In this document: in pieces, positions 1 to 9,757 of the stretch
How positions within the stretch are numbered: the first letter of the stretch is position 1
Layout: the number at the start of each line of letters is the position of its first letter
Origin: a virus
UHGV virus genome: UHGV-0121358
Reading direction: 5' to 3' (one strand)
DNA: 54,213 nucleotides
The notes under the pieces: generated by a model
Told to the model about the DNA's origin: nothing
The model's database searches: none
Seen by the model: only the letters and a program-made list of their open reading frames with translations
Program-made: the position numbers and the translations under genes

Positions 1-1392
1 ATGTACCTCACAAAGAACCGTAAAAGGAAGATTATAAAGGTTATTCTTGATTGGGGCTGTCACCATATCGCTTGCGCGCGTCGCCGCCGTCGTTTCTGAT
101 ATAATAAAAGATGATGCGCAAGGGCCATTTTCAACCTGGGGGGTAGCCAGATAAATATAGTCACCAGATTCAACGACGCCACCAGATTTTGGTGCGTATT
201 GTATTGCAGAGGTTATGTAAGTTTCTTCACTTGCTTGAATCGTTGCCTCTACAAAAATCCAGCCCGCAGCTTCATCTTTGTTAACTCGTGCGGTAAGCCT
301 GTCGGCAGCTACACCAGTGATTTCAACCAATAAAGACCGCGTATTAACAATGGCATATCCAAGATTAGATGAAGCGCTGCCATCGAAGGCTTCAAACCTG
401 ATCCTTAACAGGAGTTCCAGATCCGTTTTAAATCTGCACGATGTCGTCACACACTTATTATCGCCTGATACATCGACAGCCCCCGAGGTTGAAACTACTG
501 CCATATTAAGGGCTGTACTTTGCCCAATTAATGATTCATTACAAACAAACTTTCCATAAGTAAAACCAAAACTATCAGTTCCAACCTCAGCGATATTCAT
601 ATTTGCAGATTTACCCCAAGAAGCTGGAGTTGCTGAATTCAACATGTAGTTTGTTCGCTGACCTTCAATCAATAAACCTTCTTTTTCAAATCGTGGCTCA
701 TTAATTTCCGCCGTTTTCAGTTCGCCAGATTTGTTGATATATGTTGCCGTTGATGCGCGACTGAAATTAACCTGTTTATCACTGGCAACCTGAACCACAT
801 TATCACCAATCTTCACTTTTTTATAACCCGGAGAATAGCCCGTAATCATATCCAGCGAATCATTAAAGGGCATCCACACATCCGGCAGAGGCTGTAAAAC
901 ATACGCGTAAGGCTGCGCCGTCTGATTGGCGTATTCGTGGGCTTCGTCTCTGTATGTCTTAGCTGAATCTGCGGCGCTTGTCGCTGTTGTTGCAGCGTTG
1001 GTTGCAGTTGTAGCTGATTCTGATGCTAATTTTGAGGCTGAAATTACATCTTTGTTGTCGCTGAAAAACTCCACAGCGTCCGCTATTTCTGATTCTTTGC
1101 CCTGATAGTAACGCAGTGTTTCTGCAACATCCTGAGCAAGACCATCCACAGAGATCGAATCTGAAAGCAGGATGCTAAATTTAGTCCCAGCCGGAATAGA
1201 CGGACTTGCCGCCGGAGTTACCGACAAACTTGTTGCGCTTTTTACTTCTGTAATTGAGAAAATCTGCACCGGATTGCTAATGGCAATAAGAGTGCAACCA
1301 ACTCTGATCAGAGATAACGCGGCATTGAATTCAGTCCCTGTTCCGGTAACTGTGTTTCCGCTAACGGCTATCGTGCCAGTTGTGTAAATCAT
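1..1392 (-). CDS. side tail fiber protein, 5' portion (gene continues past window start)
   Basis: Own minus-strand translation: ATG at 1390-1392 with GGAG 8 nt upstream; uninterrupted 464-codon frame to the window edge (MIYTTGTIAVSGNTVTGTGTEF...). Lies directly downstream of J, as stf does in lambda. Absent from ORF track because no stop lies inside the window. Confidence 0.55.
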   Translation of the reverse strand, partial: MIYTTGTIAVSGNTVTGTGTEFNAALSLIRVGCTLIAISNPVQIFSITEVKSATSLSVTPAASPSIPAGTKFSILLSDSISVDGLAQDVAETLRYYQGKESEIADAVEFFSDNKDVISASKLASESATTATNAATTATSAADSAKTYRDEAHEYANQTAQPYAYVLQPLPDVWMPFNDSLDMITGYSPGYKKVKIGDNVVQVASDKQVNFSRASTATYINKSGELKTAEINEPRFEKEGLLIEGQRTNYMLNSATPASWGKSANMNIAEVGTDSFGFTYGKFVCNESLIGQSTALNMAVVSTSGAVDVSGDNKCVTTSCRFKTDLELLLRIRFEAFDGSASSNLGYAIVNTRSLLVEITGVAADRLTARVNKDEAAGWIFVEATIQASEETYITSAIQYAPKSGGVVESGDYIYLATPQVENGPCASSFIISETTAATRASDMVTAPIKNNLYNLPFTVLCEVH

Positions 1393-1574
1393 CGCAATGA
1401 CTCCATTATGTTAATTAACGGAATAATTCTACCATTTTGTGATCTGTGTTGCATTTTATGCTTGCACAAAATGTATTTATTGATTTACGTCAATACAATA
1501 AATCATTTACAGTGAATGTAACTTGCCACAATTTATGATGTAAATTATTGGCGTAAAAATAAAAACAATGCATA

Positions 1575-1598
1575 AAAACGGGGCTTATACCCCGTTTT
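1575..1598. terminator. bidirectional rho-independent terminator between J and side tail fiber genes
   Basis: Perfect 9-bp stem AAAACGGGG / CCCCGTTTT with 6-nt loop CTTATA, T-run on both strands; immediately 3' of J stop (1603). Confidence 0.65.
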
Positions 1599-1602
1599 GT
1601 TT

Positions 1603-4600
1603 TTATGCTGTAGTTGATGCGCTGAATGATCCTGTTCCTCTTGATACTAGCATTGTTGGAGAATACAAAGCTGTACAATATGAGTAGCCTTCTGATGCTG
1701 ATGTTTGTGGGCAATATATTTGCCCGGTAATACTTGATGCCGTTAAACCAGAAAAAGCGCATTGCACTGTTAATGTGCATCCACCATAAGGAACGTAATA
1801 TTGAATTGTTTTACTTTTACCTCCGCAACTAAACGTTACGTTATAAGTTGATCTATATTCACCAGATGCTAATGAAATCGTCGCCATAAGCATAACTGAT
1901 TTCCTCAATGGACTATCCGTGCTGTCGTTATATGTGATGGTTGCGTTATAACTTCCGTTATACCCAAGCACTCGATCTGGACCAACCCCCATGTTAGCAA
2001 CATCACCAACAAACGTTTTAGCTTCCACCGTTCCTGTGAATTTACCGCTACTTGCATACACCTTGCCCCTTACAGTTACGTTGTTGAACTCCGCGTTGCC
2101 ATTTTTATCAATCATCCACCCGGCAGATCCTGATGCGTAGTTTGTTGACTGTATTCGCTGTGCAATCTTAGCGGTAGTGATAGCTGCATCTGCAATTTTA
2201 GCCGTCCCTATTGATGCGTCTTTAATAAACGCTTCGCGCACATACATTGCGCCATTGGTGACATAGAAAGGCGATTGATATGTGCCGTTTGCCGCAGTCA
2301 TTAACACGAAGCGATCAACCAGGAAAATACACTGCGATTGAAAGTTAGTCCCGTCACCAGTAAGGCCAAGCGACATACCTGTTGCGTATGTTCTGCCGTT
2401 GCTATCTGTTGCCAGCTTGATTGAATACGACGCATCTACATTACCTTTAAAGTCGGTAAGCGCTTTCGATGTTGTCTCTATAGCGGTTTTGTTCCCGTTA
2501 ACGGTCACTGTCAACTGATCAATTTTGCTTGATAATGCTTCGTCAGCCGTTGCCATAGCCTGCGACCATTCCGTGATGCTTGAATTTACATCTTCGAAAG
2601 ACGCCGAGATCTGGACAAATTTTTCAGCGCTTGATGCCTCGTGATTTGCGAGTGCCGTTGAGACATCCATTATTTTTGCTGAAATGTTTTCATTAATATT
2701 TGCCTCAAGCGATGCTATAGCCTCCGCGCGGGCCTGGGTTTCGTCTGCTATTGCTGTATCGATCCTTGCTATTTCCGCTTTTGTTTTTATCTGGCCTTTC
2801 CTGTATTTCGCCTCAATAACAGTGCCCATCTTGCTTTGCGCTATTGAGTTGTTGATAAGTGCAATCGAGGCGTTTTGCAGACTTGCTTTCGCCTGTTCTA
2901 TCTTGTCGCTGTTTTTATCAACATCACTTTCAACAGAACCAAGCTCCGCGCTGATGCCTGATATTGCCTGTGCGCGGGCGCTTGATTCATCGGCAATCGC
3001 CTGATCCAAGCGTTTAACGCTGGCGTTCGTGCTATTTTCAAGCGTTGTTAAATCAGCCTTAACATCCGTTATTGCGTCGCTTCTTGCCTGCGTTTCATCT
3101 GATATTGCTTTATCAAGGCGGGAAACGCTGGCGTCAGTTTTCTTATCAAGATTGCTTATTGCTGCGTTTACACCGTTAATAGCTTCAGCGCGGGCGCTGG
3201 CCTCGTCAGCAACTGCGCGTTGCACGTTAGAGATTTGGCCTTTAAGGTTGGAATCCATCGTATTCATTTCTGCCGTGATGGTTTCCAGTGATTCCGCAGT
3301 CGCTTTTTTCTCTTCAGCGATAACGTTGTCAATACGGTCAATTTCCGCCTTCGTCTCTGTTCTACCTTTTTTGTACTGAGCGGTAAGAGTTACACGGGTG
3401 TTAGTCTGTGCAAGTGAGTTATTAATAAGAGCAATAGAAGCGTTTTGCAGGCTTGCTCTTGCTTGCGCCAGTTCGCTGTCAACTTTTTCGCTAGATACCT
3501 CCAGCGAGTCTATTCTAGACTCATGCTGTCCAATATCATCGGCGTTTTCCTTAACCTTTTTATAAAGATCTTCCGTTTCTTTTTTAAGTGTATCCGTGTC
3601 AGCTTTTATTGACCCTGTTTCTGTGATTAGGTTGTCAGTAGCAGTTTTAAGGTCATTCGTAGCGCTTTCGATAAGATCGGTGCGGTCGCCAAGATCCTTA
3701 ATATCACTTACCATTCCCTTAAATTGCTCTGAATTCATCACGTCTTTGGTGACGTAATCGGTGATTTCATCAAAGTTTTCTGTTGGCTTGCCTGATGCTT
3801 CAACGAAGTCTGACACACCAAAGGCATTACGCGTGCGCACATAAACGTAATAGGTGTGCCCCGTGTTCATGCCGCCAAAAGTCCACTGATGACCACGCCC
3901 GGTATATTGTGCTTTAGTGGTTACTGATGCCGGATCGGTGATTTGTGTTTCACCTGAGTAATAAAACTCATAACTAGTGTCAGTGGTAAGCGTTGTTCTG
4001 CTGATCGGGTAAACTGTAGCCTGAAATACACCGGGAACCCAGTTAACTCCTACCGGGGCCGCTGGTGCGCCAATAACCAGATCCACAATGCTTTCCGCAC
4101 CCTTCATGCCCGTGTCATTTCTGCCACGAATGCCTAGTGAGTAGTTGCCAGCATCAATACCATAAAAATCATAACTGTAATTCGTAGTTTCGTAGCTTTT
4201 AACTACGGCCCCCTCTGAATTATATACGCGGATTTCAAATGTCAGGCGATGAGTTGTCGTCAGTGTTTCCCATGTTGCGCGGCATTGAACTGTTTCAGAT
4301 CCAATATTTAACACCTTCAGGTTTTCAATGTTCGGTACGCGGAAGTGATTAAGCGTGTCGTTGTTGACCTCAAAGATTGCGCCATTATCTACTACAGCCT
4401 GTTTGTGCGGGTCATGCTGTGATGCCTCTACAGTGTACACGCTATTATTTTCTGTTTCTGCTACGCTGGTGATTCGACACAATACGGGTTTTGCTGCGTT
4501 AGTTGACACAGCAAATACAGTACCGTTACGAATCCATGCCGGGGCGGATGCAAGGGTAATTTTATTTCCGCTAACTCCGGTGATCTGGTGTTTTTTAAAT

Positions 4601-6183
4601 TTGCCATCACTATCAAGCAGGCTGATGGTGTCACCAGGGGCGATATATTCAGAATCAACTTTATCGACCGTGATAACCCTGCCATTGTTTGCCACGATGC
4701 GACCGCCTAAACGAGCGCCTGCGCGGTTATTGTCGAGTATCTCGATAATATCACCAGGGGTGAAGTGAATTGCGTCACGGGCCATTTTAAACGTGAATTT
4801 TGACGGCTCGCGTTTTGCTGTTTCTATCAGCCATTTGCCAGCGCGGTACGCTTGCCCGCGTGACGTGCAACCGAAAGCCTCTAGCGTGGTTTCGTTATAA
4901 CCATCGCGGGCGATCAGTTCATCATCTGCCACATATTCTTTTGATTGCTCCCAGCCGTTTTCTGGGTCAGTCCATGATACGATCACGGCGTTGTAACATT
5001 CTGCAAGCGGAAGGCTTGAGCGAGTAAACGCGCCATCAACGACGTTTGCATTTGTGATGGTGGCAATTGGATCTTGTGGCGCATCAATCATCACGGTAAG
5101 GCGTTGCCCGTCCCATAACGCGATGCCACGGAACATACCTGCGATGTTATCCAGTAGGTCGCGGGCGCTCATTTGCTCCGTAATGTAAGCGTTGAGAGTC
5201 ATGCGAGGTTCAAGGCCACCATAGCCATCATCAACCAACTGATCGCAGTATTGAGAAAGCACATACAAAGCGCCATCATCAACATCAATGTAACCAGCAT
5301 GTCTAGCAAGCCCAAAGCGCTCGTTTTTAACCAGATACCGGAAAATCCACGCAGGGTTATTGGTGTACGCTTTTTTGAATCCACCAAGCCATAAACCCGA
5401 ATATGTGCGCGTTTCTGTGTTGTAGTTATCAGGAACATCAACAATCAGGCCGCGAAGGTGATAGGTACGGGTGGGCGTATCAGTATACTGATCATGGTCA
5501 ATTACAGCGCCAGCCACGGCGGTATGAGGATAAGACAGGTTATCATCTATTATTTCGCTGTAACTACTCCACCGCGTATCATTCCGCAATAGATCGCTGT
5601 TGCTGTCTGCTGTTATGCGACGAACGCGAATATCAAACGGCTTTTCATCAGGCGCGTTGATAACGTGAGCTTCCAGGTATTCACCACTCTGTTTACCAGG
5701 CCCGATTGTAATGTATTTAACAGGCGACCACGTCGATGATAATGATGGCTTAACATCAACCATTAACACAACGGATGTATTGTATTGATTGCCCTTATCA
5801 TCTGACTGAACGAGAGCATCAACACCAAGATTCAACCTGACGCGGGTAACGTTTGGATCTGAAACAGTCCTGATTATTGGCGTGTCGTGAGTTACCTTTG
5901 CGTTGACGATAACGGTTGATTCGATGGCATTAAAACCATTAATCGGCGATTGGTCAGCCGTGCCGTTGCGCCAGGCTATACTAATCCCCGGGATTGATGT
6001 ATTCCCGTTTGCGTCAGTAACAGGTGTGTCATTAAGCATCACATCATTTAGTGGCGCCTTCTGGTTTACCGGACCGTATATCGGCCCTTCGCTGAGAATA
6101 TCTAAAACACGATAAAACTGTTTATGATACAGGTTATCGTTTAATAATACTGGTGTCTTGGCTTTGCCGCCGCCGCTACTCAT
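1603..6183 (-). CDS. J: host specificity / central tail fiber protein J (tip attachment), 1526 aa with expanded coiled-coil middle region
   Basis: Track ORF. N-terminus and several blocks (GPIYGPV, DTPIIRT, WSSYSEIID, RTYHLRGLIVDVPDNYNTETRTYSGLW, FGCTSRGQA, HFTPGDIIEILD) match my recollection of lambda gpJ; sits after I/K/L as in lambda. Confidence 0.9.
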   Translation of the reverse strand: MSSGGGKAKTPVLLNDNLYHKQFYRVLDILSEGPIYGPVNQKAPLNDVMLNDTPVTDANGNTSIPGISIAWRNGTADQSPINGFNAIESTVIVNAKVTHDTPIIRTVSDPNVTRVRLNLGVDALVQSDDKGNQYNTSVVLMVDVKPSLSSTWSPVKYITIGPGKQSGEYLEAHVINAPDEKPFDIRVRRITADSNSDLLRNDTRWSSYSEIIDDNLSYPHTAVAGAVIDHDQYTDTPTRTYHLRGLIVDVPDNYNTETRTYSGLWLGGFKKAYTNNPAWIFRYLVKNERFGLARHAGYIDVDDGALYVLSQYCDQLVDDGYGGLEPRMTLNAYITEQMSARDLLDNIAGMFRGIALWDGQRLTVMIDAPQDPIATITNANVVDGAFTRSSLPLAECYNAVIVSWTDPENGWEQSKEYVADDELIARDGYNETTLEAFGCTSRGQAYRAGKWLIETAKREPSKFTFKMARDAIHFTPGDIIEILDNNRAGARLGGRIVANNGRVITVDKVDSEYIAPGDTISLLDSDGKFKKHQITGVSGNKITLASAPAWIRNGTVFAVSTNAAKPVLCRITSVAETENNSVYTVEASQHDPHKQAVVDNGAIFEVNNDTLNHFRVPNIENLKVLNIGSETVQCRATWETLTTTHRLTFEIRVYNSEGAVVKSYETTNYSYDFYGIDAGNYSLGIRGRNDTGMKGAESIVDLVIGAPAAPVGVNWVPGVFQATVYPISRTTLTTDTSYEFYYSGETQITDPASVTTKAQYTGRGHQWTFGGMNTGHTYYVYVRTRNAFGVSDFVEASGKPTENFDEITDYVTKDVMNSEQFKGMVSDIKDLGDRTDLIESATNDLKTATDNLITETGSIKADTDTLKKETEDLYKKVKENADDIGQHESRIDSLEVSSEKVDSELAQARASLQNASIALINNSLAQTNTRVTLTAQYKKGRTETKAEIDRIDNVIAEEKKATAESLETITAEMNTMDSNLKGQISNVQRAVADEASARAEAINGVNAAISNLDKKTDASVSRLDKAISDETQARSDAITDVKADLTTLENSTNASVKRLDQAIADESSARAQAISGISAELGSVESDVDKNSDKIEQAKASLQNASIALINNSIAQSKMGTVIEAKYRKGQIKTKAEIARIDTAIADETQARAEAIASLEANINENISAKIMDVSTALANHEASSAEKFVQISASFEDVNSSITEWSQAMATADEALSSKIDQLTVTVNGNKTAIETTSKALTDFKGNVDASYSIKLATDSNGRTYATGMSLGLTGDGTNFQSQCIFLVDRFVLMTAANGTYQSPFYVTNGAMYVREAFIKDASIGTAKIADAAITTAKIAQRIQSTNYASGSAGWMIDKNGNAEFNNVTVRGKVYASSGKFTGTVEAKTFVGDVANMGVGPDRVLGYNGSYNATITYNDSTDSPLRKSVMLMATISLASGEYRSTYNVTFSCGGKSKTIQYYVPYGGCTLTVQCAFSGLTASSITGQIYCPQTSASEGYSYCTALYSPTMLVSRGTGSFSASTTA

Positions 6184-6196
6184 GGTTTTTCTCCTG

Positions 6197-6727
6197 TTAA
6201 CTTACAACGTCTAGAGCGTCTCTGTTATTACTTGTGTCTATGCCTAACGACCCGACGTTTGAACCTATTTTCATTTCGCCCAACAGGATCGGCACTGGTC
6301 TACCCTGGCCTACCTTGTTTTCAATGCTGGTGTAGGTGTTATTAGATATGGTGTTATCTTGTGCGCTTTCTGCTGATGTTTTTATCTTCATGTTGCGAGA
6401 CATAAAGATCGAGAACGCAACGCTAACAACCGAAACACCGATCAAAATCCAGCCTACAACGCCAATTCCTGCAATACCGCCTTCCACCACTGGCGCAACA
6501 ATGACAGTAGTCCCGTCCGGGTATTTACTGTTAACCGCTGCTGGCGCGGTCTTTTCGTCATAATCTTTCCCGGCAATTCGTAAGCGCAACGGAGTGCTTA
6601 AAAACGCCTTTTTGAACTCATGATTCTGCGCAACCAGCAAGCCAAGTCCTTGCGCTGGCGTATCAACGTTTAAACACACCTTGCCGTAATATCTTCGAAG
6701 ATTGCCCGTAAATCTAAATTTGAGCAT
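6197..6727 (-). CDS. I: tail assembly protein I
   Basis: Track ORF; position between K and J; C-terminal ILLGEMKIGSNVGS resembles lambda gpI (VLYGEMRVGSRV). Confidence 0.75.
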   Translation of the reverse strand: MLKFRFTGNLRRYYGKVCLNVDTPAQGLGLLVAQNHEFKKAFLSTPLRLRIAGKDYDEKTAPAAVNSKYPDGTTVIVAPVVEGGIAGIGVVGWILIGVSVVSVAFSIFMSRNMKIKTSAESAQDNTISNNTYTSIENKVGQGRPVPILLGEMKIGSNVGSLGIDTSNNRDALDVVS

Positions 6728-7407
6728 TTGTCAGATCTCCATATTGAGTTGGTCTGTCGAACATACGCGGGCCGCATTTGTTCGCGGCGGCTTAACAGTC
6801 CGGCATTGTCATGATGCAAAACAGTGTTATCGCCCAGGTAAATCATCGCGTGACATGGGTCAGCGCCTTTAAACGGCTGGCGGATAATCACATCACCAGG
6901 CTGAATACTTTTCGCGTCAACCATGAAAAACCCGTTCAATGGCAGGTTTTTTATGTACAGGTTTTCCCCACGCAGCCACCATCCGTCGTGGCGTTCAAAA
7001 TCCGGTAGATCCACGCCGCAAAGGTGATAGGCGTCACGAAAAAGCGAGTAGCAGTCTGTTTTCCCGTGCTCAAATTTACGGCCTAACAGGTGCGCCACCG
7101 GGCGGAATTTTCTAACCCTGCCACCGGAACACAAATACCACGGCAGGCCTGAAATAACCTGCTGTTGTCGATCCCGTGCTGACAATACCAACGAATTGTC
7201 AGTATGGGAGTGAAAAACGGCAGTTATAACGCCTAATTCGTCAGCTTTGATATAATCGTCAGGCGAGATTTTAAAGCTGTTGTGCGGCGTTTCAGACACG
7301 TTGGCGCACGGGTAAAAATAATCGTTATCTATCACCAGCCCGCACACTTCCTCGCACTGGTGGGCTGCCGCATAGCGAATCATTTTATCTTCAAGTGCCA
7401 TAATCAA
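6670..7407 (-). CDS. K: tail assembly protein K (JAB/MPN plus NlpC/P60-like)
   Basis: Track ORF; JAMM-like HSHTDNS...S..D motif and Cys/His NlpC/P60-like residues (DCYSL, HHDN); overlaps L stop by 4 nt and I start as in lambda. Confidence 0.8.
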   Translation of the reverse strand: MIMALEDKMIRYAAAHQCEEVCGLVIDNDYFYPCANVSETPHNSFKISPDDYIKADELGVITAVFHSHTDNSLVLSARDRQQQVISGLPWYLCSGGRVRKFRPVAHLLGRKFEHGKTDCYSLFRDAYHLCGVDLPDFERHDGWWLRGENLYIKNLPLNGFFMVDAKSIQPGDVIIRQPFKGADPCHAMIYLGDNTVLHHDNAGLLSRREQMRPAYVRQTNSIWRSDKCSNLDLRAIFEDITARCV

Positions 7408-8108
7408 CCCACCTTACTGGACCCAGGGAAGCACGAAATCGGTAACGGATTCGGGCGTGGAAAACGCAAACGGCAACCGCTAAGGCGGTGGCTGCATTTG
7501 TCCAGCTTTGGATCACTGGTAGATTCGTCTTTATCGGTAGCTACAGGTCCACCACTATATCCGCAACCGTCGCCGCGATATTGCCATTGGCAAACGTCAG
7601 CGAGGATTGTGCGCCCTGGGATAACCGCCTTGTCAGCATCAATTGGCGTTGACAGTTCATATTGCACCTGGTCGGCTGTTTCTTCGCTCATCGCCTCAAC
7701 GACGTAAAAAGACACCGCCTCGATAGATGGATCTGCATCCGGGTTGCCGTTTGGGAAGTTGATGGCGTCCAGGTATTTTACTTCCACCTGGCGGCGTGTA
7801 ACCTTCATTCCTCGCAGGTCGTTGAAATCGTTGTTCATCCCGGTGATTAGCCCGCCAATGTTGGCTACTACCATCTGCGGGCGTGAGTAAACGCCTTCGT
7901 TTTTCATTTCGAAGCCAGTGGCCTCGATTGGGTAGCTGTTGTAAGTCACTCCCTTCCAGATAACCGGGCCGTAATAGCCATTCGCTCCGGAATGGAAGCG
8001 GATAACCTCGCCACCCATGGGCGTGAGGTCTAATTCAAACAAGTCAATGACCGCGCCGACTCCGGCATCGACGGAATCAATAATCATCTCTCTCGGAATA
8101 TTGCGCAT
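7404..8108 (-). CDS. L: minor tail protein L
   Basis: Track ORF 7404..8141 begins at a GTG; internal ATG (MRNIPRE...) has GGTGAG SD. C-terminal CGYSGGP...DKCSHRLSGCRLRF matches lambda gpL (CGYSGPA...DKCSKCLSGCKFR). Confidence 0.85.
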   Translation of the reverse strand: MRNIPREMIIDSVDAGVGAVIDLFELDLTPMGGEVIRFHSGANGYYGPVIWKGVTYNSYPIEATGFEMKNEGVYSRPQMVVANIGGLITGMNNDFNDLRGMKVTRRQVEVKYLDAINFPNGNPDADPSIEAVSFYVVEAMSEETADQVQYELSTPIDADKAVIPGRTILADVCQWQYRGDGCGYSGGPVATDKDESTSDPKLDKCSHRLSGCRLRFPRPNPLPISCFPGSSKVG

Positions 8109-8161
8109 TTTCTCACCTTGTAATTTTGTGATCTGCGTCACGCTAAATCATACCAAAACGG

Positions 8162-8190
8162 TTGATCGCGATTTTTACAATATGTATATT
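8162..8190 (+). promoter_or_regulatory. sigma70-like promoter for plus-strand moron cassette
   Basis: -35 TTGATC (8162-8167), 17-nt spacer, -10 TATATT (8185-8190), directly after the L gene start on the opposite strand. Confidence 0.35.
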
Positions 8191-8206
8191 GTACTCAAAA
8201 GGAAGC

Positions 8207-8392
8207 ATGGTTAACAAAATGGCGCTGAGGTGTGAAATGGATGATAAGGTGTGGAGGTTGACGGTGTTCCTTGCTGATGGCAGGAAAATGACTGTGGCCC
8301 TGTATAAAGATGAAGGCGAGGCACTTACCGACGCGCTCTTACTCGCTGAAGATGAACGCGTTTTGGGGTACAGGATCGAACCTGTCAAATGA
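8207..8392 (+). CDS. hypothetical small protein (moron gene 1); alternative start 8237
   Basis: Track ORF 8162..8392; in-frame ATG at 8207 after AAGGAAG, or ATG at 8237 after GAGGTG. Confidence 0.4.
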   Translation: MVNKMALRCEMDDKVWRLTVFLADGRKMTVALYKDEGEALTDALLLAEDERVLGYRIEPVK

Positions 8393-8404
8393 GAGGTTAA
8401 CGAA

Positions 8405-8755
8405 ATGCAAAAATATAGTTTAGAAATATGGACTGATAAGTGTGAATGGGAGCGCATGGGCCTGTTTGACACATACGCCGCAGCGCGTGATGAAGGTAGT
8501 GAGTTACTTCGCTGTTGGTCTGGCGCTCGTGATTTTGATATTACTCCGGTCCAAGTACCGGACCTGGTGGAAGAGATGAACCCGAAAGATATTAACTTTA
8601 ACGTCAATGTTGAATTTGCAGACTCTATGGATCAGGCTTGCCCTGGTGAAATACACGCAAAAGGTTTTCCGGCTGACGATCCAGAAGCAAAACGAGAATA
8701 CGAAAAAGCTGCGAAAGACTTCTGCATAGATAACCTGGCCGCATTCGATAAATAA
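8405..8755 (+). CDS. hypothetical protein (moron gene 2)
   Basis: Track ORF; GAGAGG SD 8 nt upstream of ATG; no recognised motif. Confidence 0.5.
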   Translation: MQKYSLEIWTDKCEWERMGLFDTYAAARDEGSELLRCWSGARDFDITPVQVPDLVEEMNPKDINFNVNVEFADSMDQACPGEIHAKGFPADDPEAKREYEKAAKDFCIDNLAAFDK

Positions 8756-8764
8756 GGCGGCAAC

Positions 8765-9013
8765 ATGGGGCGGCGCAATCACGGCGATTATGTGTACACG
8801 CTGAAACAGGCCGCCCGCCTCATCGGTTATCATGAGCACGAATTTATTGATTTGCTGATTGAGCGCGGGATACTGTACCAGGTCTGTTTAACGCTGTACC
8901 CGAAAGCGAAATACCTACAGGAAAAGTTATTCATCATCATGACGGATGAAAACCAGGTTAATCATTCATTCGTCACTGATAAGGGATTGACATATTTGAA
9001 GGGGGCGTTATGA
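8765..9013 (+). CDS. hypothetical protein with possible AlpA/excisionase-type HTH (moron gene 3)
   Basis: Track ORF; segment YTLKQAARLIGYHEHEFIDLLIERGIL resembles HTH_17/MerR-type DNA-binding helices (pattern recognition only). Confidence 0.5.
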   Translation: MGRRNHGDYVYTLKQAARLIGYHEHEFIDLLIERGILYQVCLTLYPKAKYLQEKLFIIMTDENQVNHSFVTDKGLTYLKGAL

Positions 9014-9014
9014 G

Positions 9015-9089
9015 ATGTGCGAACATTACGTTCTGGAAATGATCATTATCATTATTGGATTGTTATGCATTCTGCTATCGACACTATAA
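9015..9089 (+). CDS. possible 24-aa hydrophobic mini-protein (MCEHYVLEMIIIIIGLLCILLSTL)
   Basis: Own translation; ATG 1 nt after the stop of the preceding gene, ends 3 nt before the terminator hairpin. Very short, so weak. Confidence 0.25.
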   Translation: MCEHYVLEMIIIIIGLLCILLSTL

Positions 9090-9117
9090 ACCCCGCCGTG
9101 GCGGGGTATTTTTTAAT
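9090..9117 (+). terminator. rho-independent terminator closing plus-strand moron cassette
   Basis: GC hairpin CCCGC-CGTG-GCGGG followed by TATTTTTT. Confidence 0.7.
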
Positions 9118-9295
9118 CGTAGGATAGAAATGCTACTTCTTTGCCATCCCAAGTCGTACAGCCGATATATCCATCACCCATATCATGAAGATACCACGTC
9201 TCGCCGTTATCAGCTTGTACAGTTAGATCATTAATTTCATAGTCGGCAAACAATGTAAAAGCGCCAGTGCGCTCCACTACACAAAAATAAGGCAT
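9113..9295 (-). CDS. hypothetical small protein
   Basis: Track ORF 9113..9325; internal ATG at 9295 preceded by AGGGGAGGGG SD; lies between M and the moron terminator. Confidence 0.4.
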   Translation of the reverse strand: MPYFCVVERTGAFTLFADYEINDLTVQADNGETWYLHDMGDGYIGCTTWDGKEVAFLSYD

Positions 9296-9305
9296 ATCCC
9301 CTCCC

Positions 9306-9659
9306 CTAATTAATAACTTGCTCAAATGTTGCGTTTAGCGTGTATAGCGGTCCGTCTTTAGTCATGCTCCAGCTACGGCAAACAAAAAGCCTTTGCACGT
9401 TATCCATTGACGGCGACCAGTAAAAAGCCTCGACCGCGCCGCGCGCCCTCAAGAATGCTTCCGCCTGGATTGCTACGTTTTCACCATCACCACATCCGGC
9501 GCTACTGCCCTTAAACACCAGGGTGTAGCTATCAAGTAACGGGTTGATACCTTTAACCTGTCTTTGCTCATAACCATCGCCCAGCTTAACAACTGATACG
9601 TCCGGCTCCCTGGTCACGCTGTAGCTTCGTTGCGGCGTCCATCTGAACACTTCCGGCAT
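9306..9659 (-). CDS. M: minor tail protein M
   Basis: Track ORF 9306..9677 begins at GTG; ATG at 9659. FRWTPQ..., GDGYEQRQ and C-terminal FEQVIN match lambda gpM (FRWKV..., GDGYSQRA, FEQVVN). Confidence 0.8.
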   Translation of the reverse strand: MPEVFRWTPQRSYSVTREPDVSVVKLGDGYEQRQVKGINPLLDSYTLVFKGSSAGCGDGENVAIQAEAFLRARGAVEAFYWSPSMDNVQRLFVCRSWSMTKDGPLYTLNATFEQVIN

Positions 9660-9757
9660 AAAACCCCCATAAGTCACATTTTGTATATATCTTTACGCGC
9701 CTCTACGCGAAAAATGAGATCTTAATCACAATGATTATAGCTAGTTTACAAAATGGC

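Noticed and set aside
1490-1780. Track ORF of 96 aa on the minus strand overlapping the J 3' end and terminator
   Set aside because: AT-rich frame spanning an intergenic terminator with no SD; likely spurious.
2684-6115. Plus-strand ORFs of 70-137 aa inside the J gene region (e.g. 2684..3004, 3029..3379, 4355..4768, 5403..5660)
   Set aside because: They lie antisense to a long, well-supported gene with recognisable lambda J similarity; the low-complexity Ser/Ala-rich translations are typical shadow frames.
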